From Eledone cirrhosa (Eukaryota): a stretch of 64,000 nucleotides of DNA. The position numbers and the translations under genes were made by a program. Location: contig OZ024740.1 in NCBI GenBank assembly GCA_964016885.1, positions 294,996,001 through 295,060,000 on the forward strand. Reading direction: 5' to 3'. Under the pieces are notes generated by a model. It saw only the letters and a program-made list of their open reading frames with translations, made no database searches and was not told the origin of the DNA. Positions 40,961-54,418 of this stretch are shown here, in pieces (position 1 is the stretch's first letter; each line of letters starts with the position of its first letter).

Positions 40961-42029
40961 TGGCCTCAACTGGTTGTGCACAAAACGCACTGTAATATAA
41001 AAAAATGAAAGGTTTAATTCATGATTTATTATATAATCTATATATGCGTAACAGAGGCGGACAGGACTTATGGACATATGATCACTGCCCGCTGGATAGC
41101 TGGGCTGGATAAAAAAAAAAGTTGGAAAAAATGTTTGAAATCCCGAAATACACCCATGGCCCTCAGCAGTTTTCAGTCTGTTAGTGAGAGTCACCTGGAT
41201 TCCCGGACCGGTTTTAAGACCCAGTCCGCTTCTATTGTATAATATAGCTGTAAAGCTTTACTATTAACAATATATTGCAATCCCGTAATTTAACGCCTAC
41301 GATGAAAATCCAGTTAATCGCATACTCCAGTTAATTGTTTACGTATTTCAGTCACCAAGGCTATGAAATTAAACGGAATCGACGGTATTTTCAGATTCAC
41401 AAGAATATAAACACACATAAGTATGAATGAGCGAAAACTATATAACTTCAATTGCATCTAAAATAATAAACATGGACGTTCATAAAGTATGTATTTTATC
41501 GTAATAAATATTAATGGCTTATTAACGACGAAGAAAACAGATTTGAACATCAAACGAGTAGATGCCTATATTTAGTCCATAATAAAACCATTTTAGTTTC
41601 AAACGCGTGTCGCCAACTATATTTGTTGAAGAATGGCTCATTTGTTTTTATTTTTCTATTAGAATTATCGTCATTATTGTAATTTAAAACTACTTGGATA
41701 AAGTATTAACAAATTAGTACAACAGCTTTCATAATAACTATAATTTTTCAGCAAATTATAATTTAAAAGACTTAAATCAGGATGTATATTGTCGCTAGAT
41801 TCCATTTGTATTCTTTGAAAAAGGAATAAACGCCAAGAAATTAAATCAAAAATATACGAGCAATGATTGCTTTGTAGGTGGTCAGAATGTTGCAGGAATT
41901 ATGGCGGAATGGCTTCTTTTTGATTCTCCCAAATGTAATTGATCTAAATCATTCTTTTCGCAAGTCAATGAATAACAAAACAAATGATCACCATCGTGAT
42001 GATGATTGTTATTATTATTATCATTATTT

Positions 42030-42252
42030 GGATTGGCAGTATCGGTAGAGAGTTGGACGCCATGCCTTGCAGCATAGAGTTACGGTCCTTTACGGTCTGA
42101 GTTCAAACCCCGCCGAGGTTAACTTTGCCTTTGATCCTTACGGGGTCGATAAATTAAAGCACCAGTAACGTACTGGGGTCGATTTAATTGACTTTCTCCT
42201 CCCCCTAAATTACTGGCCTTGTGCCTATACTAGAAATCATTATTATTATTAT
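42030..42252 (+). mobile_element. tRNA-derived SINE with (ATT)n tail
   Basis: A-box-like tggcagtatcggtag, B box gagttcaaaccc, core gccttt(g/c)atcctt..ggggtcgataaa..ccag (resembles the Meta/MESC SINE core from memory), tail ggccttgtgcctatactagaaatcattatt. Confidence 0.92.
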
Positions 42253-42268
42253 TATTGCTATTGTTATT

Positions 42269-42592
42269 GGGTTTCCATCAGTATACACTGAGGATGAAAA
42301 ACTCAGAGCTGTATGGGAGCATCCCAAAAGTCAGCTCAAAAGTGACACAGAGGAGACTGAGGTTGGCTGGACATGCTCACCGACATCCAGAGTTGACATT
42401 GCACTCAGTGCTCCTGTGGGAGCCCCTACATGGACACACTAGAAGAGGAAGACCAAGGTTAACGTATGTTGATGCTCTAAGGACAGACACTGGTCTGTTG
42501 GAGACGCAGGACATGGCAGCGATAATGAGGGACAGAGACTGCTGGAGAGAACTCGTCCATGGATCTCGGGAATTTTACCCGCCTTAGATAGA
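42269..42592 (+). mobile_element. RTE-like LINE, 5'-truncated, 16-bp TSD
   Basis: RRLRLAGHAHRH...LLWEP..RRGRPRLTYVD...MRDRDCWR; TSD tattgctattgttatt at 42253-42268 and 42593-42608. Confidence 0.9.
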
Positions 42593-42625
42593 TATTGCTA
42601 TTGTTATTATTATTATTATTATTAT

Positions 42626-43210
42626 TTGCATTTATCTTGCTTTATGTTTATACGAGTTATCACCAAGTCACAACCAGTGACCTCAAGAGACAACAAGGTC
42701 CGCCATGTTCAAGAAAGAACACACATATTCACACATGCATCCTTAGTGTTTAGACTTGTGATGTACTTATATTGACAGGATCTTCCTTAGTATATGGGCA
42801 GTTCCCATTAGTACTATCTTTTGTATTTCTCCTATACGCGGGTTTCCTGGGATTTGCGATAAGTAGTCGTTAGACCCCTTAGGTATCATTCCCAGAGCGC
42901 CTACAACCACTGGTATTGTTTTAGTTCTCAATTTCCACATTTTTCCAATTTCTATCTCCAGGTCCTTATACTTGCTCAATTTTTCAAATGTTTTTATAGA
43001 TACATTCTTGTCTATTGGAACAGACATATCAATTAGCAGGCATACCCTCCTTTGAAAGTCCTTCAATATTATATCAGGTCTATTTGCATCTATTTTTCGG
43101 TCTGTTTGGATGCTAAAGTTCCACAAGATTGAGATGTGATCTTTTTCAAGTATGGGAGGTGGTTGATGCTCCCACCAATTCTTTTGATGGGGCAGGTCAA
43201 AATGCTTACA

Positions 43211-43211
<1 letters not shown>
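42626..43211 (-). mobile_element. Dong/R4-clade LINE, family 1, 5'-truncated
   Basis: WWEHQP..ILWNFSIQTDRKIDANRPDII..IDMSVP..EKLSKYKDL..IPVVVGALG..GTAHILRKIL; (ATT)n on both sides. Confidence 0.93.
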
Positions 43212-43271
<60 letters not shown>

Positions 43272-43278
43272 GTTATTA
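43212..43278. repeat. (ATT)n microsatellite
   Basis: Direct reading; related tracts at 42601-42625, 43871-43929, 44377-44428, 48826-48851 and 54663-54708. Confidence 0.97.
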
Positions 43279-43835
43279 CTCTTTGAGTCTCAGTCATTGA
43301 TGTTAGTTAACTGGAAAGTTTGTTGAAATGAATATCAAGCCACTACCTGCAGCCTCAGATATTCAGGACGTATCGGAGGGTTCTTGCTGTTCCCAGCAAG
43401 CATGCCTTTTGAAGCGTTCCAAAAAGCGTGAAGGGGCCAATTTTCTTTAACCATCCCTGGAAACTTTTTGAGATAGTCCCTAGTGGGCCTATGACAATCG
43501 GGATCACTTTGACTTCATGGCAGTTCCAAATCCTTTTTACCTCCCACTTTAAGTCCTGGTATCGGTTAATTTTCTCCCTCTCCTTCTCTTGCACTCTCGT
43601 GTCGAATGGGCAGGCCACATACACAATCAGGCACGATCTTTTTTCTTTGTCCAAAACCACCAGGTCAGGTCTATTGTGTTCCAGTTTCTTGTCCGTCTGT
43701 ATCCTAAAATCCCACAGCACCTTCACTTGATCGTTTTCTATCACCGCCTCTGGCTTATGCTCATACCATTTCTCAGAATGTGGTAAATTGTTTACTTTGC
43801 ATAGGTGCCAGTGGATCACCCTGCCCATCACATCA
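43279..43835 (-). mobile_element. Dong/R4-clade LINE, family 2, 5'-truncated
   Basis: IHWHLCK..WYEHKPE..VLWDFRIQTD..HNRPDLVV..ACPFD..EKINRYQDL..IPIVIG..LLGTARTLRYVL; its 3' UTR differs from family 1. Confidence 0.93.
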
Positions 43836-43868
43836 TATCTCCAGCCCTTATAGTGAGTCTGGGCTAGG

Positions 43869-43929
<61 letters not shown>

Positions 43930-44376
43930 GTTGCATTGAACTTGCTTTATGTTCATACGAGTTATCACCAAGTCACAACCAGTGACCTCAAGAGACAACA
44001 AGGTCCGCCATGTTCAAGAAAGAACATACATATTCACACATGCATCTTTAGTGTTTAGACTTGTGATGTACTTATATTGACAGAATCTTCCTTAGTATAT
44101 GGGCAGTTCCCATTAGTACTATCTTTTGTATTTCTCCTATACGCGGGTTTCCTGGGATTTGCGATATGTAATCATTAGACCCCTTAGGTATCATTCCCAG
44201 AGCGCCTACAACCACTGGTATTGTTTTAGTTCTCAATTTCCACATTTTTCCAATTTCTATCTCCAGGTCCTTATACTTGCTCAATTTTTCAAATGTTTTT
44301 ATAGATACATTCTTGTCTATTGGAACAGACATATCAATTAGCAGGCATACCCTCTTTTGAAAGTCCTTCAATATTA
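43930..44376 (-). mobile_element. Dong/R4-clade LINE, family 1, second copy
   Basis: Nearly identical to 42626-43075 including the 3' UTR; ORF 44072-44371. Confidence 0.93.
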
Positions 44377-44421
<45 letters not shown>

Positions 44422-44428
44422 CATTATT

Positions 44429-47400
44429 GGCGACCTACGTAGTAAATCGTATCATCGTGAGCTCCGCAAAGGTTTGTTGTTTCCAGTTGTTTAAAATTGC
44501 CAGTTATAGAAATTTTTTATTGTTAACTGTATATAAGTGCACATACATTGTTTTCTGGAAACGACACTCAAAAAGATTGGGCCCCTGAGCCCAAAATTTA
44601 AACTTTTATAATTATTTAAAAAAAAAATTTCTTTGAAAAATCATGGCCGACTCACAGCTGAACCCAGTAGCTGAGAGCCTTCCTCACAAACTCACACCGA
44701 CACCACCATTGTAAATATTACTACGTTTGCCAACACTAAAAATATAAGCAGTAGCAATATTTTAAATTTGTCTCAGGCAGACATTCATTTCCCGCCATTA
44801 CCAATGACTGCAGGTGTTGAAGCCGCCACCCCCACCACCACCACAGCGACAACAGAAACAAAAGAAAAAAATAAATTATCTCGTGATATCGAAATGAATT
44901 CACCCAAAATGAACTCTTCCACACCGAACACCACTGACGCCACCACCACCACAACTGGAACTAAAATTACAATAACAAAAATAACGATAACAACAACAGC
45001 AACAATCAGAATAAGAAAACCCAGTCTTTTGCCACAGTAGCAAAAAAGTGCGAAGCAATCCAGGTAACTCAGGAGGAATTAGAAGAAGCCAAAAGAATGG
45101 TAAAGAAGGATGAGTACAGGGTCAGCCCCCCCCCCCCCACACACCTCATAAAATGGACCATCGGCGCCTATGCACCGTGTCTTATCGGACGATTAACATA
45201 AAATCGCGCCGAGTGGAACGGGCATCCGAGTCCCAAAGCCAAAGAAGACGTCCACGGTTCCATATTTCTGCCCACGTCTGATGTGGGTTTTTTTGCCCAC
45301 ACATGTCCCAAAGCCAGAAAGCTTTGGGACATGTGTGGTTTGGATCTCGCCATACGGGTTATCTTCCTGGACCCAGAAGGTAAGTTGGTGGTGCTGGACG
45401 TGACCAGTGGAGACGGGCAAGCTTTCAGGCTAGTGGCCGTCTATGCCCCGACAGGAGCAGGGCGGCCTGATTTCTTCCGGCGTCTGGAGACCTTTCTTGG
45501 AACGTCCCGCTCTTTAGTGTTAGTGGGCGACTGGAACGGGATCTTAGATGCACGCTGGGACTGTGTGGGATTAGCGGATAAGGAAGGACGGTGCAAGAGC
45601 CTCACCAACCTGCTCAGGGGTTTTGAACTGTCTGACAGGTACCGATTGGATTTCTCGAATGTGCCATGTGGACTTGGACAAATCGCATAGGCTCATCCTG
45701 ATCATATCTAGAAAGAGTATTTTGTAGGGAAATAGATAGGTCTAGTTTAGGCTGTCCACAATTCAAGATAGTCAGCTACACGGTCCACAAATTCGTGATC
45801 TGTGTGCTTGACTTAGATAGGCTGCATAGACAAGGACCCGGCTACTTGAAACTAAACGCGTCCTTACCAGCGCGCAAGGCCTACAGAGACCGGATTAGCG
45901 AACTAGTTAAGCGGGCGTTGACGGGGCCATCGTCAACGATAAGTGGTGGTTTGCTCTGAAAAGAGCGATTAGAATAGAGTCCTTTAGGTTTAGTAAGGCT
46001 TTAGCAATAGAGAAAAATAGAGCAGAGGGGGAACTAGTTAGAAAATTAGACGAGGCGCTTAGCAAAGGCATCGCGACCGACGTACTTGCGGTGAAATTGG
46101 CCCTTGACCAATTCTTCAATGCAAAGCACGAAGGCTGCGTTGTCAGAGCTAGGGTGCGTGCTCTCAGACACGAGGGGACGAAAGCCGTTCAATGGGCCCG
46201 AGTGGTGGAGGCGCGTCGTGGCAACAAAGCCACGATCCGGTCTTTGGTGGACCACGACGGGCGCATGCTACTCGATCCCGCGCAAATGTGTGAAGCTTTT
46301 CAGCGACACTTCGCACAGCTGTTCGGGGGGCAGCGGCGGGCCGGATCGAGGGATGGACTTTAGTGTCTACCTCGACGGACTGCCGCGGCTCTCGGCCACT
46401 GAGGCGGAGTGTTGCGAAAAGCCGATAACAACCGCTGAAGTACGGGAGGCAATGACTGGCTGCACAAGGGGTAAATCGCCTGGTTTGGATGGTATGCCCT
46501 ATGAACTTTATGTACAGATGCCAGACTTGTTCGGAGGCATCTTGGCGGACGTCTACTGCAACTGGCAACAGAACGGGAGAATTCCCAGCTCTGTGAGCCG
46601 AGGAGCTGTGGCGCTGCTGAGAAAGGATCCGAACAAGGAGGATAACATAGATAATTTCAGGCCCATAACTCTGCTAAACACAGAGTTCAATATTTTGTCC
46701 AAGGTGTTAGCAAAGAGGTTGGCGCTTGTCGTTGGTGGTCTGGTGGGAGAGGTGCAGACATGCGCCATTCCTGACAGATCCATCCACGACAACCTCCACC
46801 TCATGCGATACATCGTAGAGAGGGTAGCTAGGGAACCTGGCACGGGTGGGTCCTTGATCAATTTAGATCAGTCGAAAGCTTTCGATAGGGTCGACCATCG
46901 TTACCTAGCGGCAGTCCTGAGGGCAGCTGGCTTTGGACCCATCTTCAGAAGCTGTATCGCTGCCATGCACAGCGACATCTGTTCTGTGGTGAGAGTGAAC
47001 GGTCACCTTTCGGAACCGTTCAACATCATGCGCTCGGTCCGCCAAGGATGTCCCCTCTCGTTCCTCTTGTACGTATTGACTCTCGAGCCATTACTGCACA
47101 AACTGGAGACGTTGAGGGGGGTCCCGCGCGAACTAGGATGCGGAAGATCCGTGTCAGCATATGCGGACGATGTCACCGTAGTGGTGTTGAACGCCAAACA
47201 CATCGAGGCGATCGGCACTACACTAAGAGAATACGAACCGGTGACAGGAGCAATAATCAACCAGGAAAAGTCAGTGGGCCTGCAGCTCGGCACCAGGAGA
47301 GGCAGGTCCATGCCGTCCAACAGCGTCGTCGGGGGCTGGACGGACGGACCTGTAAAATTGCTAGGGATCTGGTTCGGTCCGGACCTCCAGACGGACAAAA

Positions 47401-48776
47401 ACTGGGACGAGGTGACGAGCAGGGTGGCTTCTCTCACCCAGAAATGGGCGGAGAGGAAGCTATCCCTGAAAGGTCGAGCGGAGGTGGCTAACGCGTACAT
47501 CGCGTCCGTCATCTACTACCGCCTGACCGTCGTATCTTGTCCTAAGCCCCGCCTGACTGCGCTGGAGCGTTTGCTCTTTCGCTTTTTGTGGAAGGGACGC
47601 GCTCCGATGGTCAGTCGGTCCATCTGCCGTCAACACCCGCTACGTGGAGGGCTGGGCATGCCGTGGCTGATGATGCGCAGACACGCGCTCAGCCTACGAC
47701 ATCTCCACCTCTTCCTCGACGGTGATCAGGTGTGGTCGCCGTTTGCTAGACGCGTCTTTCCCCAGCTCGTCTCCTTGACGGAGCTGCAGTCCTGGGTCAA
47801 GCGAAGACCGAAAGGGAGTGCTTGGAGACTGGAATGTCTTCAGGCGCTCATAGCCCTCGACCAATCGGGCAATGTGATCGGTGGAAACTCCACCCTGGCG
47901 TTCTATAGAGGATTAGTGGAGGGGAAGAGCGACGACGTACTTGGAGAAACTCTAGGCGTCGACGAAAATCAACTAGCCAATCTCTTCGGAAGAACTTTCG
48001 GACCGGGCCTATGGACAACTTCCAGAAATCCCTGGCCTGGCAGTGCTACCTGGGAGCTTTGCCAGTTCGGGATAAACTCTACAGGCATGGAGGTGCCGTC
48101 AGCCGGGCATGTACGAGATGCGCGCAGGGCGACGAAACCGTCCTACACGCACTCATCCAGTGTCCGAGCATTGCTGACTTGTGGGTTTATGTCGAACACC
48201 TGCTGTCACGTGTAGTACGGATCCAGCTATCAGCTGAGTTCATCGTGAGGATTGCCCCGCCCTCTTCCTTTAGCCGGGAAGGGCAGGCAGTTTTTATCTG
48301 TCTGGTGGCCATGGCGAAAGAGATAGTATGGTGGACACGTTTGAAAGGGCTGAAGACGAGCACTTACCTCTTCGGTGATACCCTGATTAACTTTTTCAAA
48401 TTTCATTTGAAAAGGAAAATCAGGGTAGAGAGGGAAGTACTCTCTTCCCAGCATTTTGTTGAAAGATGGGTGAGAGAAGCAAGTATGGCCCGAATGAATG
48501 GGCCTACTCTGAGTATGTGTCTGTAAATTAAATGTGGAAAACTGGGAGAGGGCACTTGCCCTGGTGGTCAGGGTCACTGTGGCCGTTTAATGGGCTTTCT
48601 CCATAAATGTCCCTCCGAAGTCTCCCCCCTATTGGGGAATTTTTCATTGTTTTTTTTGTTACAACCTCTGTTTTTGTTTTTTTACACGCAGAAATGCCCA
48701 TTTGTACCTTCCTGTATTGTCCTGTACTGTCCTTAATGTCTACTTTATGTAAACCCTTGTGGTTAATAAAGAAAGC
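44429..48776 (+). mobile_element. L1/Tx1-type LINE copy 1 (intact 5' end, internal inversion plus about 1.55-kb deletion, frameshifted ORF2)
   Basis: Starts ggcgacctac like copy 2; APE remnant (VGDWN), RT (LDQSKAFDRVDH, SVRQGCPLS, AYADD), C-terminal CxxC..H..C; short ATT tail. Confidence 0.93.
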
Positions 48777-48786
48777 ATTATTATTG

Positions 48787-48851
48787 TACTGGTAATTGCT
48801 GGCCTTGTGCCAAAAGTAGAAACAATTATTATTATTATTATTATTATTATT
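48787..48851 (+). mobile_element. SINE 3' fragment plus (ATT)n between the two Tx1 copies
   Basis: gtactggtaattgctggccttgtgccaaaagtagaaacaattatt matches the ends of SINEs at 55640-55680 and 62300-62342. Confidence 0.85.
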
Positions 48852-49058
48852 GGCGACCTACTTAGTAAATCGTATCATCGTGAGCTCCGCAAAGGTTTGT
48901 TATTTCCGTTTGTTAAAAATTGTCATTTATGGAAAATTTTATTGTCAACTGTTTATAAGCGCACATACATTGTTTTCCGAAAAGGACACCCAAAAAGATT
49001 GGGGCCTTGTGCCCAAAATTTAAACTTTTATTATTATCAAAAAATTTCTTTAAAAAAA

Positions 49059-50979
49059 ATGGCTAATTCACCTCTGCAACAAGCAGCTGAAAGCCTTCCT
49101 CACAAATTAACACCTCACACCGACACCATCATTGTAAATGTTACTACGTTTGCCAACACAAAAAAAATATAAGCAGTAGCAATATTTTAAATTTGTCTCA
49201 GGCAGACATTCATTTCCCGCCATTACCAATGACTGCAGGTGTTAAAGCCTCCACCACCACCACCACCGCGACAACCACCACCCCCACCACCACCGCGACA
49301 ACAGAAACAAAAGAAGAAAAAAATAAATTGACTCGTGATGTCGAAATGAAATCAAGCAAAATGGACTCTTCCCCACCAAAGACGACTGACGTCACCACGA
49401 CCACAACTGAAACTAAAATTAATATTAACGATAGCAACAACAACAACAATGACATTATAACCCCCCCCCCTCAGTTTCGCCAGAGTAGCAAAACAATTCG
49501 AAGCATTTACGGTAACTCAGGAAGATTTAGAAAATGCCAAACAAATGGTAAAGAAAGATGGGTACAGGGTCAGCCTCACCCCCCACCTAATAAAATGGAG
49601 CATCGGCGCCTATGCACCGTGTCGTATAGAACAATAAATGTAAAATCGCGCCGAGTGGAACGGGCATCCGAGTCCCAAATCCAAAAAGCTTTGGGACATG
49701 TGTGGGCAAGAAAAACCCACATCAGACGTGGGCAAAAGTATGGAACCGTGGACGTATTCTTCGAAACACCAGAGGAGGCTAGAGAACACTCCATGGCCCC
49801 ATTAAAAAGTGACGACTTCACACTCGTCCCAAGCTATTGTGGCCAGAGACTCGTAAAGATCAGGGTGACCCACGTTCCACCGGCCATCGAAATTCCCTGG
49901 CTAATAGCGGCCGTCCTCGCCGGCATCGAAGCCAACACGAAAATAATAGCAATAGCAAAAGAAAAAGCAGGAAAACTGGTCCGGATCTGGGATGGACCAA
50001 AAAAGCATTGAGGAGATCCCAGAGGTAATAGACCTCACTGACGGCAGCCACCTCACGGTAATTGTCGAGGGTAGCAGACCTAGGTGTGTCGTTTGTGGTG
50101 AAGGAACCCACCTAAGGGCTTTCTGCCCTCAGGCTAAAAGGTTGAGGCCACCTCTCCTACCCACCCCAGTGACACAACCATCAACACCACCAGTAGCAGA
50201 GATGGCAGCAACAACTGTAGCAGCAACAACAGAAGCAACTATAACAGCAACAACCCCATCAACAGTAGCAAAACCAACACCACCACCACCCAACGCTTCA
50301 GAACTAGCACCAGCGCCTACACCATCCACCACGCCACAACCAAAACTAACGGCTGTGGAGGATTTTCCACTCCCCGGCCTATCACAACTGGAGACAGATT
50401 GTGACGACGAGGAGTGGGAAACGATATCCGGAAAAAAAAAAGAAACCAAAAAAGAAAAAATTCTCTTCCTTCCCCTCCAAAAACAAAATACAGAGGGAAA
50501 CAAATAAATTAAGAAACAAAAAAGTTAGGACAGATATGCCACCATCCACACCAGCATCACCAACCCCATCAACCCAAACACCAACACCATCACCATCATT
50601 AACCCCAACACCACCATCACCTACACCACAAAAGTCACCAAAATGCGAAACAGAAACAAACCCACAACAAACGCAAACAAAACAAAACAACCAAAACGAT
50701 ACACACTACACAGCATTAAATTTGAACAACAAGCAATTATTACAACACAACACCAGCATCACAGAAAAAGACTACACAACAACCCCAAAATTCACACCAC
50801 CTCCACACATACAAATCACTCGCATCACACAGAAAACGTACATGACACTAAAACAAAAATTCCCCAAAGACATCGGAGACTTCCGACAAGCACTCTCCAG
50901 GAGGATTTATAAGGACATCCTTCCTGAGGAGGCCACAAGCAGTGAAAAGGATGGAAAAACCGTCCTTCCCCTACGATAA
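49059..50979 (+). pseudogene. Tx1 ORF1 (Thr/Pro-rich, RRM-like region, CCHC zinc knuckle), frameshifted
   Basis: ATG at 49059 (MANSPLQQAAE); segments in ORFs 49193-50011, 49992-50507 (CVVCGEGTHLRAFC = CX2CX4HX4C) and 50401-50979; frame breaks lie near poly-A runs. Confidence 0.8.
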
Positions 50980-51022
50980 GTAAGGTAAGTGGTCTTTCCC
51001 ATCTTTTCCACTCCTTTTCAAC

Positions 51023-54000
51023 ATGACCTCACTCAGAATAGGCAGCATAAATGCGCGTGGCTTGGGGTCGTCATGGAAGCAGGGCCACCTGCTCAACGAC
51101 CTCAGGTCACTAAACATAGATGTAGTGGCCATCAGCGAGACCAGAATCTCCGAAGCACAGGCTTTCGCACCGATCTTCGGCGGCTACGATGTGTACGCAT
51201 CTCCCAGCCGTCCGGGATCGGGGGGAGGAGTTGCTGTGCTTTTTCGGAGAGGTTTGGATCTTTCCATACGGGCCATCTTCCTGGACCCAGAAGGTAAGTT
51301 GGTGGTGCTGGACGTGACCAGCGGAGACGGGCAAGCTTTCAGGTTAGTGGCCGTCTATGCCCCTACAGGAGCAGGGCGGCCTGATTTCTTCCGACGTCTG
51401 GAGACCTTTCTTGGAACGTCCCGCTCTTTAGTGTTAGTGGGCGACTGGAACGGGATCTTAGATGCACGCTGGGATTGTGTGGGATTAGTGGATAGGGAAG
51501 GAGGGTGCAAGAGTCTCACCAACCTGCTCAGGGGTTTTGAACTGTCTGACAGGTACCGAATGGATTTCCCGAATGTACCAATGTGGACTTGGACAAATCG
51601 CATAGGGTCATCCAGATCATATCTAGATAGAGTATTTTGTAGGGAAATAGATAGGTCTAGCATAGGCTGTCCACAATTCAAGATAGTCAGCTACACGGAC
51701 CACAAATTCGTGATCTGTGTGCTTGACTTAGATAAGCTTCATAGACGAGGACCCGGCTACTGGAAGCTAAACGCGTCCTTACCAGCGCGCAAGGTCTACA
51801 GAGACCGGATTAGCGAACTAGTTAAGCGGGCGTTGACGGGGGCCATCGTCAACAACAAGTGGTGGTTTGCTCTGAAAAGAGCAATTAGAATAGAGTCCAT
51901 TAGGTTTAGTAGGACTTTAGCAATAGAGAAAAATAGAGCAGAGGGAGAATTAGTTAGAAAATTAGATGAGGCGCTTAGCAAAGGCATCGCGACCGACGTA
52001 CTTGCGGCGAAATTGGCCCTTGACCAATTCTTCAATGCAAAGCACGAAGGCTGCGTTGTCAGAGCTAGGGTGCGTGCTCTCAGACACGAGGGGACGAAAG
52101 CCGTTCAATGGGCCCGAGTGGCGGAGGCGCGTCGTGGCAACAAAGCCACGATCCGGTCTTTGGTGGACCACGACGGGCGCATGCTACTCGATCCCGGGCA
52201 AATGTGTGAAGCTTTTCAGAGACACTTCGCTCAACTGTTCGGGGGCAGTGGCGGGCCGGATCGAGGGATGGACTTTAGTGTCTACCTCGACGGACTGCCG
52301 CGGCTTTCGGCCACTGAGGCGGAGTGTTGCGAAAAGCCGATAACAACCGCTGAAGTACGGGATGCAATGACTAGTTGCACAAGGGGTAAATCGCCTGGTT
52401 TGGATGGTCTACCCTATGAACTTTACGTACAAATGCCAAACTTGTTCGGAGGCATCTTGGCGGACGTCTACTGCAACTGGCAACAGAACGGGAGAATTCC
52501 CAGCTCTGTGAGCCGAGGAGCGGTGGCGCTGCTGAGAAAGGATCCGAACAAGGGGCATAACATAGATAATTTTAGGCCCATAACTCTGCTAAACACAGAG
52601 TTCAAGATTTTGGCCAAGGTGCTAGCAAAGAGGTTGGCGCTTGTCGTTGGTGGTCTGGTGGGAGAGGCACAGACATGCGCCATTCCCGACAGATCCATCC
52701 ACGACAACCTCCACCTCATGCGATACATCGTAGAGAAGGTAGCTAGGGAACCTGGCACGGGTGGGTCTTTGATCAATTTAGATCAGTCGAAAGCATTCGA
52801 TAGGGTCGACCATCGTTACCTAGCGGCAGTCCTGAGGGCGGCTGGCTTTGGGCCTGTCTTCAGAGGTTGGATCGCTGCCATGCACAGCGACATCTGCTCT
52901 GTAGTGAGAGTGAACGGTCACCTTTCGGAACCGTTCAACATCATGCGCTCGGTCCGCCAAGGATGTCCCCTCTCGCCCCTATTGTACGTATTGACTCTCG
53001 AGCCATTACTGCACAAACTGGAGACGTTGAGGAGGGTCCCGCGCGAACTAGGATGCGGAAGATCCGTGTCAGCATATGCCGACGATGTCACCGTAGTGGT
53101 GTCGAACGCCAAACACATCGAGGCGATCGGCACTACATTAAGAGAATACGAAGCGGTGACAGGAGCAATGATCAACCAGGAAAAGTCAGTGGGCCTGCAG
53201 CTCGGCACCTGGAGAGGCAGGTCCATGCCGTCCAACAGCGTCGTCGGGCGCTGGACGGACGGACCGGTTAAATTGCTAGGGGTTTGGTTCGGTCCAGACC
53301 TCCAGACGGACAAAAACTGAGACGAGGTGACGAGCAGGGTGGCTTCTCTCACCCAGAAATGGGCCGAGAGGAAGCTATCCCTGAAAGGTCGAGCGGAGGT
53401 GGCGAATGCGTACATCGCATCCGTCATCTACTACCGCCTGACCGTCGTACCTTGTCCTAAGCCCCGCCTGACTGCGCTGTGGAAGGGACGCGCTCCGATG
53501 ATCAGGCGGTCCATCTGCTGTCAACACCCGCTACGTGGAGGGCTGGGCATGCCGTGGCTGATGATGCGCAGACACGCGCTGAGGCTACGACATCTCCACC
53601 TCTTCCTCGACGGTGATCAGGTGTGGTCGCCGTTTGCTAGACACGTTTTTCCCCAGCTCGTCTCCTTGACGGAGCTGCAGTCCTGGGTCAAGCGAAGACC
53701 GAGAGGGAGCGCTTGGAGACTGGAATGTCTTCAGGCGCTCACAGCCCTCGACCAATCGGGCAATGTGATCAGTGGAAACTCCACCTTGGCGTTCTATAGG
53801 GGATTAGTGGAGGGGAAGAGCGACGACGTACTTGGAGAAACTCTAGGCGTCGACGAAAATCAACTAGCCAATCTCTTCGGAAGGACTTTCGGGCCGGGGC
53901 CTATGGACAACTTCCAGAAATCCCTGGCCTGGCAGTGCTACCGAGGAGCTTTGCCAGTTCGGGATAAACTCTACAGGCATGGAGGTGCCGTCAGCTGGGC

Positions 54001-54418
54001 ATGTCCGAGATGCGCGCAGGGCGACGAAACCGTCCTGCACGCACTCGTCCAGTGTCCGAGCATTGCTGACTTGTGGGTTTATGTCGAACACCTGCTGTCA
54101 CGTGTAGGACGGATCCAGCTATCAGCTGAGTCCATCGTGAGGATTGCCCCGCCCCCTTCCTTTAGCCGGGAAGGGCTGGTAGTTTTTATCTGTCTGGTGG
54201 CCATGGCGAAAGAGATAGTATGGTGGACACGTTTGAAAGGGCTGAAGACGAGCACTTACCTCTTCGGTGATGCCCTGATTAACTTTTTCAAATTTCATTT
54301 GAAAAGGAAAATCAGGGTAGAGAGGGAAGTGCTCTCTTCCCAGCATTTTGTTGAAAGATGGGTGAGAGAAGCAAGTATGGCCCGAATGAATGGGCCTTCT
54401 CTGAGTATGTGTCTGTAA
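51023..54418 (+). pseudogene. Tx1 ORF2: APE endonuclease, reverse transcriptase, zf-RVT-like domain; one in-frame TGA
   Basis: SINARG, AISETR, VGDWN, YLDRVF, TDHK (APE); KSPGLDG, FRPITLLN, KAFDRVDH, RQGCPLSP, AYADD (RT); CPRC..ETVLHALVQC. TGA at 53318-53320 is TGG in copy 1. Confidence 0.95.

Noticed and set aside
41343-41457. Minus-strand ttttag|ATG exon MQLKLYSFRSFILMCVYILVNL..., phase-compatible with the GKR reading at 36290
   Set aside because: Weak donor (C|gtaaac) and a poor cleavage site; hydrophobic short ORFs are common in AT-rich DNA.
41878-41934. Possible 57-nt + strand exon (GQNVAGIMAEWLLFDSPK)
   Set aside because: Short pyrimidine tract, weak donor, no partner exons and no recognisable protein.
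42030-42125. tRNA gene suggested by A and B boxes
   Set aside because: No cloverleaf; it continues into the SINE core and tail.
42767-44058. Poly-Ile, poly-Leu and poly-Asn ORF segments (also near 48759-49172 and 54448-54746)
   Set aside because: These are translations of (ATT)n microsatellites.
53318-53320. Programmed readthrough or recoded TGA in ORF2
   Set aside because: Copy 1 has TGG here, so a simple nonsense mutation explains it.
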